NCBI GenBank assembly: GCA_965644315.1
Contig: CBFFRQ010000096.1
Coordinates: 1-64,000, forward strand
Source: Caecitellus pseudoparvulus
Taxonomy: Eukaryota > Protista > Bigyra: Bicosoecida
DNA: 64,000 nt
Direction: 5' to 3'
Below, one piece after another: positions 1 through 13,266 of this stretch; position 1 is the first letter of the stretch; every line of letters starts with the position of its first letter. Below the pieces are notes generated by a model, which saw only the letters and a list, made by a program, of their open reading frames with translations, was not told the origin of the DNA and made no database searches. The position numbers and the translations under genes are program-made.

Positions 1-3000
1 GTCTGCGATCTCCCGCTGCAGCGCTTGCACGGCTGCGATAGCACGCACGGAGAACCACAGCACGAACGAAGCACTGATGGCGAGGGTAAAGAATGAAAGC
101 AGTACCCATGGTACCCCAGTGTTCTGGCGCCCCGTGGAGACACAAGAGACACGCCCCCAGCGACACCCATGTAGTGCATCGTGGGAAGCCGGCGCTGCAT
201 AAGCCGCGCAGCCGCACCAGACTGACCGACCATGGGCATCACAGGTGCAGTGCAAGGTGCGCATCATGTCTGACATACTTGAAGAGGTCTTCTTGCCACG
301 GCTGGCATGGGCCACTGCTCGAATGGCGGATGCTTGAGCGAAGCGGGACCTGTCTTCACGAACTAGCCAGCAGGGAGCGAGGGTGCCCAGGCACACCCTG
401 CAGGCGGCCTGCCACCTGGATGCTCCTTCGTCTATGGATGCAGCGGACGTGTCGCGCCATGAACTCCGCGTGGAGAACGCCTGGGGGCGCAGCGGCAGCG
501 TTTCTGTGGGGCCCCGCCAAGCTTCAGGAACCTCATCCCCCGGCATGTCATCGTGGCATGCCGCTTCCACGTCAGTTGGAGAGCGCCCCCTCACTTGTCG
601 GCCGTCACTTGTGGTACCAAATAAGGGTACGCTGGGGCAGTGGCACAAGCTTATATTCGCACACAGTGTGTCACAACTCGGCTTGCCTCCCCCCGGCAGC
701 AGTCGCCCGCGCTCCCGGCGCGACAAGCCAGCCCACCACGGCGCGGAATTCCCACCAGGTCCTGAAGCGATTTTGTCCTCATCTCCCTCGTATCCCACGC
801 CTGGAGGCAGACTGAAGGCCCAGATGGTACCACACAGGCCGCGCACAAACACCAGTGATAGCAGCAGCCCGCCAAGGCACGCAAGCCGAAGCAGTTCCAG
901 GAGTGGGGAGTGCGGAGACTTGGGGCAGCCAAGGGCGGTAATCTCCACGCCGCCGTTTTGGCGAAGGACGGGCAAGTCATCGTCTGGCACGTCATCGGTG
1001 GCTGGAAGGGAGGTGCCATCCACTGCGAGCTGGTGCTGTTCAGCCAGATTCAGTCCAACAGCAAGCCGCCCTTGGTTGAACACAATGATGTCGATCAAGC
1101 TTGGGAGGAAAGACAGCTGCGGAGATGGTCCCGCTTGGAGACTGCGTCGGCTGCCAACAGGCGTCGAAGTGATGAAGTGCTGCCAGACCTGGTCGCCGTA
1201 CAGCACCGTGGCCGAGAGGACACCGAGAGCCAAAGTGGCCTGGTCCGAAGTTGGATGGCTCAAATTCAAGGGAACATAAGCTGCTAGAGGCACAAAGACT
1301 TGCCTGTCATCAGCAATGATGTGCCCCGACACACGCAGGCGCAGGGAGAGTGGCGTGCCGCCAAGCGAACCTTCTGGCAGGAGGGAGATGCCGTTCGGCG
1401 CACCAGCGTCGTACTTGGCCTGAACGCTGATGTTGAACCGCTGCCACATGATAGTGCCACTGCTATGACCGAGAGCTGCCAATCCAATGCTCTCCGCAGA
1501 GGGCTGGGATGTCGGGCGATGTAGCTCACGTTGCGCGAGCAAGATGGCTGAGGGATGCCACGCAGCAACCAAGGCTGGGACATCAAGCAGGCTCCGCTTA
1601 GCAGTCACATTGTGGACACGGTACTCCACCAGCGGGCTGCTCCACCACACTTCGCGACCTGTGGCGGCGTCCACCTTTAGGAGTCGAACTTGGAGCAGGG
1701 AGGCGGGGCGCCGTGATTCGGCTTGCGAAGCCTGGGACGCTGTGGGCGTCGAGGTGTGCGAAGACGTGGTGAAGTCATCATCTGTGTGAGAGGTAGTGCT
1801 GTCGCCAGACAGACCAGCAGAGGCGTTGACGAGGACTGGTATGTGGAGGTAGCCATCTTGGGACGCGACGCTATTCCCCAGCACTGCCACGACATCTGGC
1901 TGCCTCTCGGAGAGGCGCCACAGCACAGATTGTGAGGATGCACTCAGGGCCAGCACTTCAGCAGACTGCACATCAAGGTAGGTGCCTGCCAGGCCTGGAT
2001 TGAGGCGACCAGCACGTGCGGGGTACGAGGCTAGCAGCACACTCTGGTCCCCAAACGTGGACAGGTATGCCCAAGCGCCAAGACCCTCTGCCCAAAAGGA
2101 CAGCGGCGAGGTGTCCAGTGTGTACACTTGTGCGTCATCAATGGACACTTCAGGGCTCCCGACTCCTCCCCGAACGGCAGCGCCAGCCGCCACTATCCGC
2201 TGACTGCGCAGCTGCACCTGGCTGCCTTGCCGCCCGAGAACATACAAGAACTGGCCCCAGCGAGTACACTCACCATGTCCAAATTCACCCCTTTCAAAGC
2301 ATTGCAAGCCGGACGGAAGGAGGACTCGGCTGGGGAGGAACATGTGCTCCTCTGAGCCATACACACAACAAGTGCCGCAGCTGTGCCCTCGGGGCGAAGC
2401 GCGAGCTTGCCGCCTCTCGTAGTTCGCACTGTAGTCCAACTGCTGCAGCACTGTACCAGTGTTGATGCCATAAACACCGAGGCACGAGACAGTTGCGTAA
2501 GAGCCGTTTGCGGGTGCGCGGGCAGCTTGCGAAGCGAGCACAACATTCAGCAGATCATGGGTGGCCACATCTGCTTGCATGGGGCCGTCTGGAGAAGCCA
2601 CATGCCCCGGAAGCTGCCCTACGAGTTGATTCCGCAGCACTCGTTTTCCAGACTCGTCCATCTTGTTCAGCCTGGACGGCGGGGGTGGCGCGTGGCAAGT
2701 CAGGTCTGCCTGGCGTTTCACTGTGAAACCCTGCCCTGGCGCACACCCACCTAAACTCGACAGTGGTATCGATCCGTGTGTCAACGGTAAAGATATCTCC
2801 CTCTGGTGTTGAGGCTTGATTGACTTGGGTGCTCAGCACATTGTCAGGCTGCGTCCACGACCACAACGGCGGCCTGGCCAAGCACGCCCTGTGACATGAA
2901 GAATGCCGTGGTGAATCAGTGCCCACACGTGCTTGACGGGAAGGCGGACGCACCGACTGGGGCCAGATTCCCCGGTGAAGTATGACTGCTGGTCATTCCC

Positions 3001-3162
3001 CCCTCGGCTGTTCCATATCTGCTGCAGCAACTGTGGGCTGGAGTGGGGAGGGTGTGCGAGGCCAGCCAGCAGCCCAAACACGACCACACCCAGCGTCAAG
3101 CCCAGCGCCACCAGCGGCGGAGCCACATGCAAAACGTTGCATGTGGACACCTTCGCTGACAT
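1..3162 (-). CDS. Multi-exon membrane-associated protein of unknown function (3' end runs off the window)
   Basis: Chain of minus-strand coding fragments. Hydrophobic N-terminal segment PPLVALGLTLGVVVFGLLAGL (ORF 2833-3207) and further hydrophobic segments near 850-900 and 30-150. Long plus-strand ORFs here look like antisense shadows. Exon structure not resolved. Confidence 0.35.
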
Positions 3163-3298
3163 TTTGGTGCCGTGTGAAGCTGTATGGTGCCTGAAAGGCG
3201 GGTGCAAGCCACTGACGCAGCCACGAGCGCCATCATGGATTGTGCGCTACGGCGAGGAATGCAAGGCAGCGCAAGCATCGCGACTCCAAGCAAACCAC

Positions 3299-6200
3299 CT
3301 ACACGTACGACTTTGTGTGAGCTGCGACGACACCCAACTGCACAGACGGGCGCATGGAAGCCGCAGAGCCAGGGCTGGGTGGGGCCTCGGCAGCCCCAGA
3401 GCCGGAGGCAGCTGCTGCGGCAGGGGGTGGGACGACGCCGCCGGGAGGGGGGCTGCTTGACCCTGTGCTTGCAGCTGTGCCCATATCGACGAGCCTGAAA
3501 CCAGAGAGGAACTCCTCGTAGGACAGCTTGCCATCCCCGTTCTTATCCAGCACTCGCATGATTTCGTCAGCTTGGCTGTCTGTGAGTGGGGAGCCCACAG
3601 CGCCTGTCAGGGCCTGCAGGCCCACCCTGAACTCCTCCGAGGACACAAATCCAGAGTGATCCAGGTCAAACTTTTCAAATGCTGCTGCCAGCTCAATGCG
3701 GTACTCGTACAGCACGTGCACAACCTGCTCAATCACCGCCCGCTGCCAGTTGCTGCCATCCATGCCGGTGCTGCGGCCACCCGAGCCGGTGTCAGCCACC
3801 TTGAATGCGTTCAGGAATTCCAGGTAGTTGACACTGCCACTGGAGGTAGTGTCCATAGCGAGCAGCAGCTTGCGGGATTCCTCAGGCGTGAAGGGCGGGT
3901 CCAGCGCCATGCTGTCGAGGGCGTTGGCGAACTCCTCCGGGGATAGCTCCCCATCGTTGTTGGAGTCGATCTTGGCAAAGACACGTGCAGGGTTCGCTTT
4001 GCTCTTGAAGAACTCCGCGCCCACGCGCTGCAGCGCCGCCTTGGTCCAGGCATCCACTTCGATGCCGTCCGCGCCAGGGCCGGGGGCGAATCCCTCCACC
4101 TCTGCCTGAGCGCCCCCCTCCACCAGTTGCCCCGTGACAAAGGCTTTGTTGCCATCCTTGATGCGGGTGAACACCACCTGGAACCGGTCAGCAAACTCCT
4201 TGAAATCGATGTGGGCGTCTCGGTCCTTGTCGATGGACCGCATGAGCTCGTACAGCTGGCGCCGGGAGAGGCCGACGTCCAGCTTCTCCATCGCATCCAC
4301 GAACTCAGCGAACTCAACTTTGCCGTCAGCATTCACGTCGAACATCTTGTACGCCTCCTCCAACGAAGAGCACACCTCCCACAGCTTGCGGCAGACCCGC
4401 TCCACCATGCCCGTCTGCCACTCGGAGTCCTCCGGTCGCATCTCGATGCGGTACCTGTCCAAGAACGTGCTGTAGTTGATGCGCCCTTCCTCGTCCATCT
4501 CCACCAAATCCTTCGCCAGGGACATGTAGGGCAGGTCAAGTGGTGCCAGCACCGTGCGCATGCCCTCCGCCCACATGAGTTTGGAGACGAAGCCGGAGTT
4601 CTCCTTGTCAGCGTTGGAGAAGAACCAGAACAAGTCAGCCTTGTTCAGGCAGATGCGCTCAATGAGCATGCGTCTGTTGCTGTCCTCCTGGGCCGCCTCG
4701 TGGTGTCTGCCTGCCTCCGCCACTTCCTCCGGGGCCCGGCTGTCTTCGCCATCAGCGAGGGGCACTGGGTTCGTGCTCTCCAGCGTGCCTGCCATGAACT
4801 GCTGGATGCTGTTGGTGAGCTCGTGGTTGAAGGTGATGAACGCGCCACGGTTGGTGCCACGCCCACAGTACTTGGAGGCAGAGAAGATGGTCAGCAGGCG
4901 ATTGTTGTGCATGTATGCGTACCCCTCCTGCACCATCTCATGAGAGCGGATGACGAGAGAGATGCCGTTCGTGGCACAGAATTCTTCCGTGACGTCAGCG
5001 CCGAAGAACATGCCTGCCCCACGCGTGCTGGGCTCTGTTCCGAGGCGATTCTTCGGGTCGCTCCACAGGAGGTCCTCGAAAAGCTTGTCTTCGAAGGTTT
5101 GCCTGCCCCACGGGATCTCCCGCTTGCGGTTGATAGCGGCAATGTGCTCCAAGCGAATTCCGGGGCGGTCAGACAGCCCCCCGTGCAGCACAATCACCTT
5201 GCGGGGGCCCTTCTCAATCAGTGTTGCCAGGGGCAGCATGTCGAAGGTGCACTCGAAAGTGTCGTACACAAGCTGGGAGCGGCCTGGGTCACCCTCTGCT
5301 GACCCATTGTACTTGTCGAACACCTCCGACATGAAGCCTGCTGTTTCGTTTTGGGACCGTTCCTCGTGGTTGCCCCGGTTCAGCATGCATGCGTTGGGGT
5401 ACACCAGCTGCCAGGCCATGAGGGTCATGACCACCTCAGCGCCACACTCGCCGCGGTCCACGAAGTCTCCGTTGAAGATGTACCGGTTCGTGGGGCTGGG
5501 CGTGCCGTTGATGGTGAAGATGGAAAACAGGTCACTCAGCTGCCCGTGTGTGTCCCCACATACGGTCAGGCGCTCCCCCTCGTTCACAGTTGTCGCCACG
5601 AGCGTGGGCAAGGACGCATTCAAGTCCCGCGACGCGAACAGCAGCTGGATGACATACTTGTAGTGCAGGACGTGGCCTTGTTTGAACTTGTTCATCATCC
5701 CCAGCACTTGCCGCCCAGTCAGGGGGAACGTCAGGTGTGGCCCCTGGTATGACGGCTCAATAACAATGGCGTCCAGCTCCTTGGCAACTGCGACAAAGTG
5801 GGGGGCAGTGTACCACAAGCGGTGCTGGCACATGGGGGACGGCAGCCAGTCGCTCACCTCTTTGCCGGGCTGAGCTGGTTGGGCGGGATGCTGTGGATGG
5901 CTGCAGGCCTGCGGCAATCAGCTGGTTCCGGCGCTTCAGGTGCAGCTGCAGGAGGGACGCAGAGGAGGATACCGGTGCAGAGAAGGTCGCTGTGTGACCA
6001 GCACACACCGCCGCCATACGTTTTCGTCATGATTGTCCAGAGCGTTGAAGGCTGCAGCATGCACTTCACGTCGGAGCTGCTTCTTGGCTGTGAAAGCCCG
6101 CTGTTGTGCCTGAATCTTCGCAGCCGCCTCCTTTTCGGCGGTGTACGCCTCGCACTGTGAGGGACAGCCAGTGGCAGTGGGAAACGGCTAACATGGCGGT

Positions 6201-6654
6201 CAGCACAAGCATGAAGTGGTGCCACTGGCACGATTCAGTGAAACTAGACAGTGTGGAAGCAAGGCGCTTCCCCTGGGTGGGAAGGGCTGGCGGGCTTCGG
6301 CCAGCGCCGCTGAGGTTGCCAGGCACACACCTGCTTTGGCTGGACAAACGTGCCGTGCTTGTCCTCCGCCTTGAAGTACACCTTGCCTCGCACAGTGCCG
6401 TTGTGCTTGCCGATTGGGCGAGCCAGCTCTACGCCGATCCAGATGCGTCCTTGGGGGTCGAAATCCTGCAGGCAGCGCCAAAACCTCCAAGTGCTGTTGC
6501 TGCTCCCGGGCCCAAAAGCCGCAAGCACTGCACCTGCCGGGGCACGCACCGTAGTCCCAACGAAGAGCACTTTGCCTTTGTGGCGGCTTTGAATCAGGAC
6601 ATCACTGCCAACGCTCAAGGCGATGCCGTCGGCTCCAGCTACACCTGCCGCCAT
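3299..6654 (-). CDS. PPEF: PPEF/rdgC-type Ser/Thr protein phosphatase with multiple EF-hands, probably with an N-terminal CAP-Gly domain and IQ motif (spliced)
   Basis: PPP motifs GDTHG, GDFVDRG, RGNHE, HGG and RSHE. EF-hand loops include DVNADGKVEFAEF, DSNNDGELSPEEF, DLDHSGFVSSEEF and DKNGDGKLSYEEF. Upstream exons encode CAP-Gly WIGVELARPIGKHNGTVRGKVYF and IQ-like AAKIQAQQRAFTAKK. Confidence 0.9.
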
Positions 6655-7118
6655 CTCTCAGTGGCTGCCGAGAGAGCTGTGCCCAATCGAAAGCAGCTGC
6701 AATGCGCAGCTCTGTTGGCCAGGTGAGTGCAAGCGTCAAGTGCCGGGCGGAGGCCTGGAATGGCACACCTGCTGCACCAATGCTCTTGCTGTGTGGGCTC
6801 GGCACGGCGGTCTGAGAAGTGTTTTGGCCGGCTGGCTCTCACACGTGGGGGACTGCGCCACGCGCCCATCGCAGAGTTCGGGTGTAGGAGGGGCTCTCGG
6901 GGGAGCGCCTGGACGTCGGAAGCAACACGTAGGTGGAGTCCAAATGCATTCTGTGCTCCACCCGTGCGATGCTCGCCACCCAGCCTGGTCTCCCCCTGCT
7001 TTAATCACAGCAGCGCGCTGCAGCAGCTTTGCCTGGCGTTTCGTGCCGTTTCGCCTCGCTGGCGTGAATCTGCTCTGAGCACGTCTTCCTCCATTGAAGC
7101 CGCGGGACTGTGACAAAC

Positions 7119-8001
7119 ATGCCGCCCAAGCGATCATCAAAGAAAAAGAAGACTGGTATGACCTTGCTCAGTGGAGAAGCCGCGGCGAGCCATCGTTGCA
7201 TGCTCGGGGACTACCCTCTTGTGCGCAGCTCTCAGCGATGGTGGGGAACTGGACGTCGCACAAGTGGCCCGAGCCTATCAGCTCCGAAACTCAGCACTGA
7301 AGATGAAGTTAGGTGAGGGCCAGCTGGCGTATGCAGCTCTGCGACTGCTGCAACACGTCGGATGGTCCCCGTCTATCTGAGCGCAGCTGAAAAGGCGCAA
7401 TCTGCCAGCCTGGCCGTGAAAGCTAAGCGCGAACTGCAGCAGCGCGTGGCAGAGGTTGAACAAGATGTTAGTAAGACAGAGACACAACTACTTGCCGTGA
7501 CATCCGACATGACAAGGCAGCACAAGGTGCGTGGCGACAGGGCACAGTGGCAGGCGTCGCACTGCGGCATGGTCGCGGCGGCAGTTGGCACCCTTACCTT
7601 CCCAATGTACCGGACCGAGCAGGCAATGGAGGAGAAGTACCTGAACAAGATCAATAGGTTGGAGAATGAGATCACTTCCCTCAAGGACGAGCTTGGTGCG
7701 TCGTTCGCGCAAGTTGCAGCGCGCCGGGTGGTTGGCGCTGCACTGCTTCTCGCTGCTCTGCGCAGCCGACGCGCGCATCGCGTACGAGGACATGTGTGCT
7801 GAGAAGGACCAGACCATCGCCGAGAAAGACATGGAGCTGGAGAAGATGAAGGCGAAGATGGAGGACATGGCGGAGGAGTTCGGACACATGCTGGAGGAGA
7901 CGCTGCGGCGCATGAGCGAGAAAATCGAAGTGTCTGCCGCCAAGTGGGAGAGCGAAGCATCAGTCCCTGCCATCCAGCGGGAGGGGGGTGCGTCTGGGTG
8001 A
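7119..8001 (+). CDS. DRC12: Dynein regulatory complex protein 12 / CCDC153-like coiled-coil protein (spliced)
   Basis: MPPK-basic start, VTSDMTRQHK-AMEE and KMEDMAEEFGHMLEETLRRM match the CCDC153/DRC12 pattern across several short exons. Confidence 0.7.
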
Positions 8002-8141
8002 AAGCTTGGGTCGTCCTTGGTCTGAATGCATCGCAGCGAGCTTTGCGCCGCCGCCGCCGCAAACTTGACCCGCAGGCAATTTCGATACCACCCGTGCAGC
8101 CGCGCAGCACTTCGCCCCGAGTCATTTGCAGCCTTCACAGC

Positions 8142-10263
8142 ATGGCAGACAGCATGGCCTCCACAGACGTTGGCTCGGCCATCGCTCGAGCTGCAGCAGA
8201 GCTGCAGTCCATCGAGCGCAGCCTGGCCAGCTCCCGCAGCCACCTGCCTCGCCAGCAAGCAGGCGGTCACGATGTCTCCTTTGCGTCGACAGCGTGGCAA
8301 GACGCCACGACGCGAACGAGTCACTTTGGAGATGAGCAGACAGGAATCGATGTGACAACTTCGCCAGATGGGCGCCAGGTGCGCGTCTCTGTCCAGTCCA
8401 AGGGCGATGGAGTGCATTTGGACTCCGGCTCGCTCGGGCGCGACGTGGGCGTTTCAGTCGGCCAGCGGTCCAGCTCTCTGTCGGTGCTCAGGGCTCTGCA
8501 GATGCTGCAGGACAAGATCAAACGTCTGGAACGCAACAAGTCCGACCTTGAACGACAGATCCAGGGCCTGCAGGACTCCAACGAGCGGCAGAGGGCCGCT
8601 CACGCTGACGAGCTTGCGGAAATCGAAAAGGCGCGGGAGCTGGAGCGCGCAGAGTTTACGTCCACGATCACCCGTCTGGAGGCCCAGGTGGCATCCTTCA
8701 AGGCGAGCCTACACCAAAGCAAGGAAAGCAAGGATTCCCTCGAGCAACGAGTTTCTGTGAGTCGCTCCAACCAACGCAACGAGGTGCAAGTGCTGGGCAC
8801 GCTGGCTCCTTGCACATGCAGACATTGCAACAAGAGCTGCAGCAGGCTACATCTGATCAAGCGACGACCCAAGCCAGGCTGACCAAAGTTTCTGAAGGTG
8901 AGGTATTCCTGCGCCTGCTCTGCCCTGCCCGAACCCGCTCAGCCCACGCGGCACCCACCTCGCAGAGTTGGCCGGCGCACAAGAGCACTCAGGCACGCTG
9001 CACTCCACGGTGCAGCAGCTGACCACGGCCCTGAGGGCGTCACGGGACGTGCAAAGTGAACTGCAAGAGCATGCACAGGCGGCATCCACGCGCCTGCAGG
9101 CCATGGTGGACTTGAACCGGACCTTGACCAGGACGGTGCAAGGGCCGACTCCTTCCCTCGAGGGCGGCGGCTCCTCTCACGCCTCTGGGCACCCCCGAGG
9201 CAACAGTGGGGGTGGAAAGGCCCGTTCAAAGCGTGCGAAGCGAGGGAAGCGGTCTACGTCGACATCCCGCCGGACAGGCACCAGCTCATCCTCAAGCGCC
9301 ACGGGGTCTGCGAAGCAGGTGCCGTGGCTGTCGGCGCAACACCCTGGCGCATCTCACTCAGTCCTCGCAAATGCTCAACTTACGCTCAGCGATCCGGCGG
9401 CAGTTGGGGTGCGGCCACCTCGTCCCCCCCAACGAGCACGCAAGTCTCGCCTGCAACCTCGCGCAGAAGCACCAGAAGCACCATCCACGCCCGAGCTTCC
9501 TGCAGAGCTGTCTTCTTCCTTAGCTCGAGCAGCCCACGCCACCACCATGGCGAATGAGACCCTTTCTCGAGTGGAGGCCATGCTGGGGTCAGGTGACGAC
9601 GGCACGCACGACGGAGACCTCCGTGCGACAGCTGTCAGTGACGTGCAGGCTAGCGAGCCGCCCAGCGCGGCTAGCACGCTGGGCGCCGCTGTGGGCTTCC
9701 AATCCCCTGGCACGGCACGACAGGGCGACGCTTCCTGGCTTAGCTCAGGGAGCGAGGAAGCTGCAGGCTTGCAGAAGACGGCGGTAGGGTCGGTGCGGTG
9801 GTCAACGGCGGCCAAGTCCCCCCGCGCCCACGGCAAAGATGTCGACCCCACGTTCACTGCCAGTGGCCGCATGGTGCCCAGTCGTACGCTGCAGCCTGAA
9901 CGAGCGATGGGCAGCGTTGTTCACGCGCTGCAGGGTGAGGTAGGGGACTTGCAGTCTCGCTACGACCGCCTGCTGGCCCATGTGCAAGAGGTGGGGCACG
10001 TCGATGACGAAGTGCGTACCGCAATGGCTGACATTGCAGCTGTATTGCAGGACAAGCTTTCTCAGCTAGAGTTACTGCGGCAGGCACAAGAGGACATTAC
10101 AGACGCAAGGGAACGGTCGCCGGTGCGGAATCCGCAGGCAAGCAAGAGGAGGGCTGAGGCGCTTCGATCCCTTCAGCGCATGCGAGAGTTGGCGGCTGAA
10201 ACCAACCGCAGGGTTGGGGGCAGTGTGTCTACGTCAGGTGTGGATCCAAAGCTGCTCGGCTAA
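8142..10263 (+). CDS. CEP57: CEP57-like centrosomal coiled-coil protein (spliced)
   Basis: VLRALQMLQDKIKRLE resembles the Cep57 centrosome-localisation domain. C-terminal VVHALQGEVGDLQSRYDRLL resembles the Cep57 microtubule-binding domain. Confidence 0.65.
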
Positions 10264-10337
10264 GGACCGGCTGTCTCCTCTGTTCAATGCAACGCTCAGC
10301 TGCAGCGCCTTGCACTGAGGGCTGCTTCTCACGGGGC

Positions 10338-12939
10338 CTATGCAGGGTGCCCCTCCTCCCCATGAACATAGCCCTCGTCGTACTCTCCCTCCTCATACCC
10401 GCCCTCCTCGTACACGCCCTCATCGTAAACGCCCTCCTCGTACACGCCCTCCTCGTACCCGCCCTCCTCGTACACGCCCTCCTCGTACTTGCCAGCTGGG
10501 TAGTCGACTCCCCCATACCCCTCTTCATCGTACTCAGTTTGGCCCTCTTCGTAAAGGAAGCCGTCTTCATAGAAGACTTCCTCATCGTAGCCCCCGCCGT
10601 CCTCTCTTGAGTGGGCGTCCTGGTGGCTTGCTAGTGCGGTGTGTGCCTCCAGGGAATGCCCTGGCTGGCCACCTTGATCAGCATGTTGGGCAGAAGACGG
10701 TGCGTGCCGTGTACGCTGGCCGGTCTTGGCCTGAGTCTGTGACGATGCTTGAGGGCCTGCCTCCCGCCCTGGAGAACCAAGTACAGTGGGATCTGCACCA
10801 CCTAAAGTGAGGGCCGTGTGGGGCACCCTTTCAGCGGAATCCGGGCCCTGCACGTCGTCTGGGGAAGGGCTGCTGGCCTGCTCCCTGCCTTGGTCCTGGC
10901 ATGTGCTTGCTTGGAGCAGGCGCTGCAGAGCTCGCCCTGGTCGGCGGCGATGTTTGACAGCATCTGACTGCCGGGGTCCCAGCTGCCCTCTCGCCAAGAG
11001 GTCTGCTTGCTTGACCATGTTTTCGGAGTCAACCCCTCGGTGGTCAGTGCCGAAGGCAATGCGAGAGCCGGCATCAGTCCTGCCGACGTTAATGTGGCGC
11101 TGGTTGTCATACCTTGACTGCGCAAGGGTCTTTTTCTGGCGCTTTGCTTGGGCCCTGCGGGCAGCCTCATCCCGTCGTTTGCGGGCAGCTTCCCGTGCTT
11201 CCTGCCGTGGGCCAACCTTGCTCTCTGCGAGGCGGGCAACCTTGGCCAGCTGTTGCGAGCGTACAACGTCTTTCAGGTCCTTTATGCGCTGCTTCTCATC
11301 TGCTGGGTCAGGTGGGACGGTTTTCGGCGGCAGCTGGCTCACTTGCTTCTTGAACTGTTGCTGGACTGTGCGTGCCTTGTCCACGACGCCCACCACGTCA
11401 CGGGCTCGCTTCGCAGCAACAAGCATGACACAGGAGAGGAGCACACCAAGCACTCCAAGCACGATGAAGATGAAGGAGAAGTCCGTGGGGGGTGGTGGCG
11501 GTGGGGCGTTGCTGGGGCTTGGACTGGCAGTGTAGCTGGGGGTTGCAGACGCCGTCATTGACGCGGTGGCAGATGGTGTCACCGTTGGTGATACTGAAGG
11601 GCACAGGTACGGGGGGGCCTGCACAGCAGGGTCAAACTCTGAAACGAACTTTTGCAGCCAGAACTTCTGCGACAGGACTGTCGTCACCCGCACCATGAGA
11701 TCGTTGCAAAGATTGTGCCCATCCCCTTCGTCATTGGGGCTGCGCGTCGCAACCCCAGCGACAGCCCACCGTGGAGTAGTGGCTGGTCGCGGAAAGACGT
11801 CCATGCTCTGTGAGAAGGGCACAAACAGGGGGGCCCCACGCTCTCCAAAATTCAAGCAAAGGCCGAACCTGTTGACCTCGCCGCCGTCGCGGCCCCGGAT
11901 GTACTCTAGCACGTAGTCCCCCGGGGCGTACACGGGGCATCGAGGGTCGGGAGTGCGCACCATGTCAATTTCGGATACATCTGTTACCATGGCTGCAGCT
12001 GCTGCTTGGCGGTGCCATCGGACAATGTCATCAGAGGGCATATCCACCCGCCCAGCCGCGTCCTGCGACATGCTGGTCGGTCCGATGGCGGACACAAACC
12101 CGGTGAAGTTTGTTCCCTGTAAAGGGCGTGGGGGGGCAAGGTCAGGGTGCCCACCAGCAAGGCCCTTGTGGTGCAGTCAGCTTACCAAGTTGGATGTCAC
12201 GAGCGGATGCCACGCCACACTGCCAGCAATGGTGGCAGCCGCGGGCAGCAACGCCACGCGCATAAGACCCATGTTCCACCCGGCCACTGCACCATGGTAA
12301 TGAAAGGCGGAGTCCACCAACTTCCCTATCGTCACGTAAGTCCCATTGCTAAGTACCGACTGAATGGACAGCTGGGGCTGTGACTCTGGCTGCAGGCGAA
12401 TGCCGTCCACCTGGCTCGTGGAGAGGGCCGTGAGAATGCACTGGCCGGCGGTGAGGACAACTGCGGGTGCAACGAAGACGCCTGTGCACTTGTACACTCC
12501 AAAGTCGTCGTCAAATATCCGCACAAGTCCAGGAAACAGCTGCGCACGATACCGGGATAGTGCAGGGTGCGGAGCGTTTCCACTCTGCCGTTGCGTGCAC
12601 TGGGTGCACACTCCACGCACGGCCATCGACTGGGAGGCATTAAAATCACTGTCCAGCATGCACAGTGTCAGTACAATCTTGCATAGTAGGAGGAGCACCC
12701 ACGCCTGCAAGGTTGTCGATTTCCACATCCTCGGCCTCAAACTTGGCACCCCTGTGGACTAGAGGAGGAAACGGCACACCTGCACGGAAATCACACGGTA
12801 GACAGCCGACACGCAGTTGGATGTTCTTAGTTTCGAATGTTTGCAGACTTGGAAGCTGCTCCTCGTGAACACCTGGAGCCGAAGCGCGGAGTGAGTGTGC
12901 ACAGAGAAATGCGAATGCGGCGACGCAGCTTCCAAGCAT
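10338..12939 (-). CDS. Type I membrane protein with a catalytically dead trypsin-like domain, Ser/Thr/Pro stalk, TM helix and acidic repeat tail (spliced)
   Basis: Signal peptide MLGSCVAAFAFLCAHSLRA. Trypsin-like motifs CTGVFVAPAVVLTAGQC, WNMGLMRV and FGERGAPLF. TM segment FIFIVLGVLGVLLSCVMLVAA. YEEG repeat tail. Confidence 0.65.
10367..10590 (-). repeat. Coding 15-bp tandem repeat (YEEGV/YEEGG/YDEGV units)
   Basis: Repeated CCCTCCTCGTACACG-like units on the + strand; translate on - as YEEGV/G pentapeptides. Confidence 0.85.
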
Positions 12940-13266
12940 GGCAGGATCCCGTTTATCTGCCAGTAGCATGCTATCAATTCCTTCTCCTGTGAGGCACGGG
13001 CCAGTGTCTGAAGGATGTCGACGTTGCCTTGCCAGGCAGCGTGCCGCTCAGCTAAAGCCAAGGCCATTGTGCTTGGAGCGCAAACCACACGCCAGCTTTG
13101 GCAAAATGTCTGCTGCCCGCGGCTTGAATGCAAGGTTTGAGCATCTTGCCTGCAAGAAGTGGGCATATGAGTGCGATGCTGCTTGATCTGTTCCACAGCA
13201 AGGCAAGACTCCTTGGCGTGAGCTTGAGGTGGTCGGCACAACTTCCGCACCTCCGCGGCGCCGGCC

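Noticed and set aside
10367-10590. Short regular repeats as a CRISPR-like array
   Set aside because: They are tandem 15-bp coding repeats with no unique spacers and no cas genes, in a eukaryotic context.
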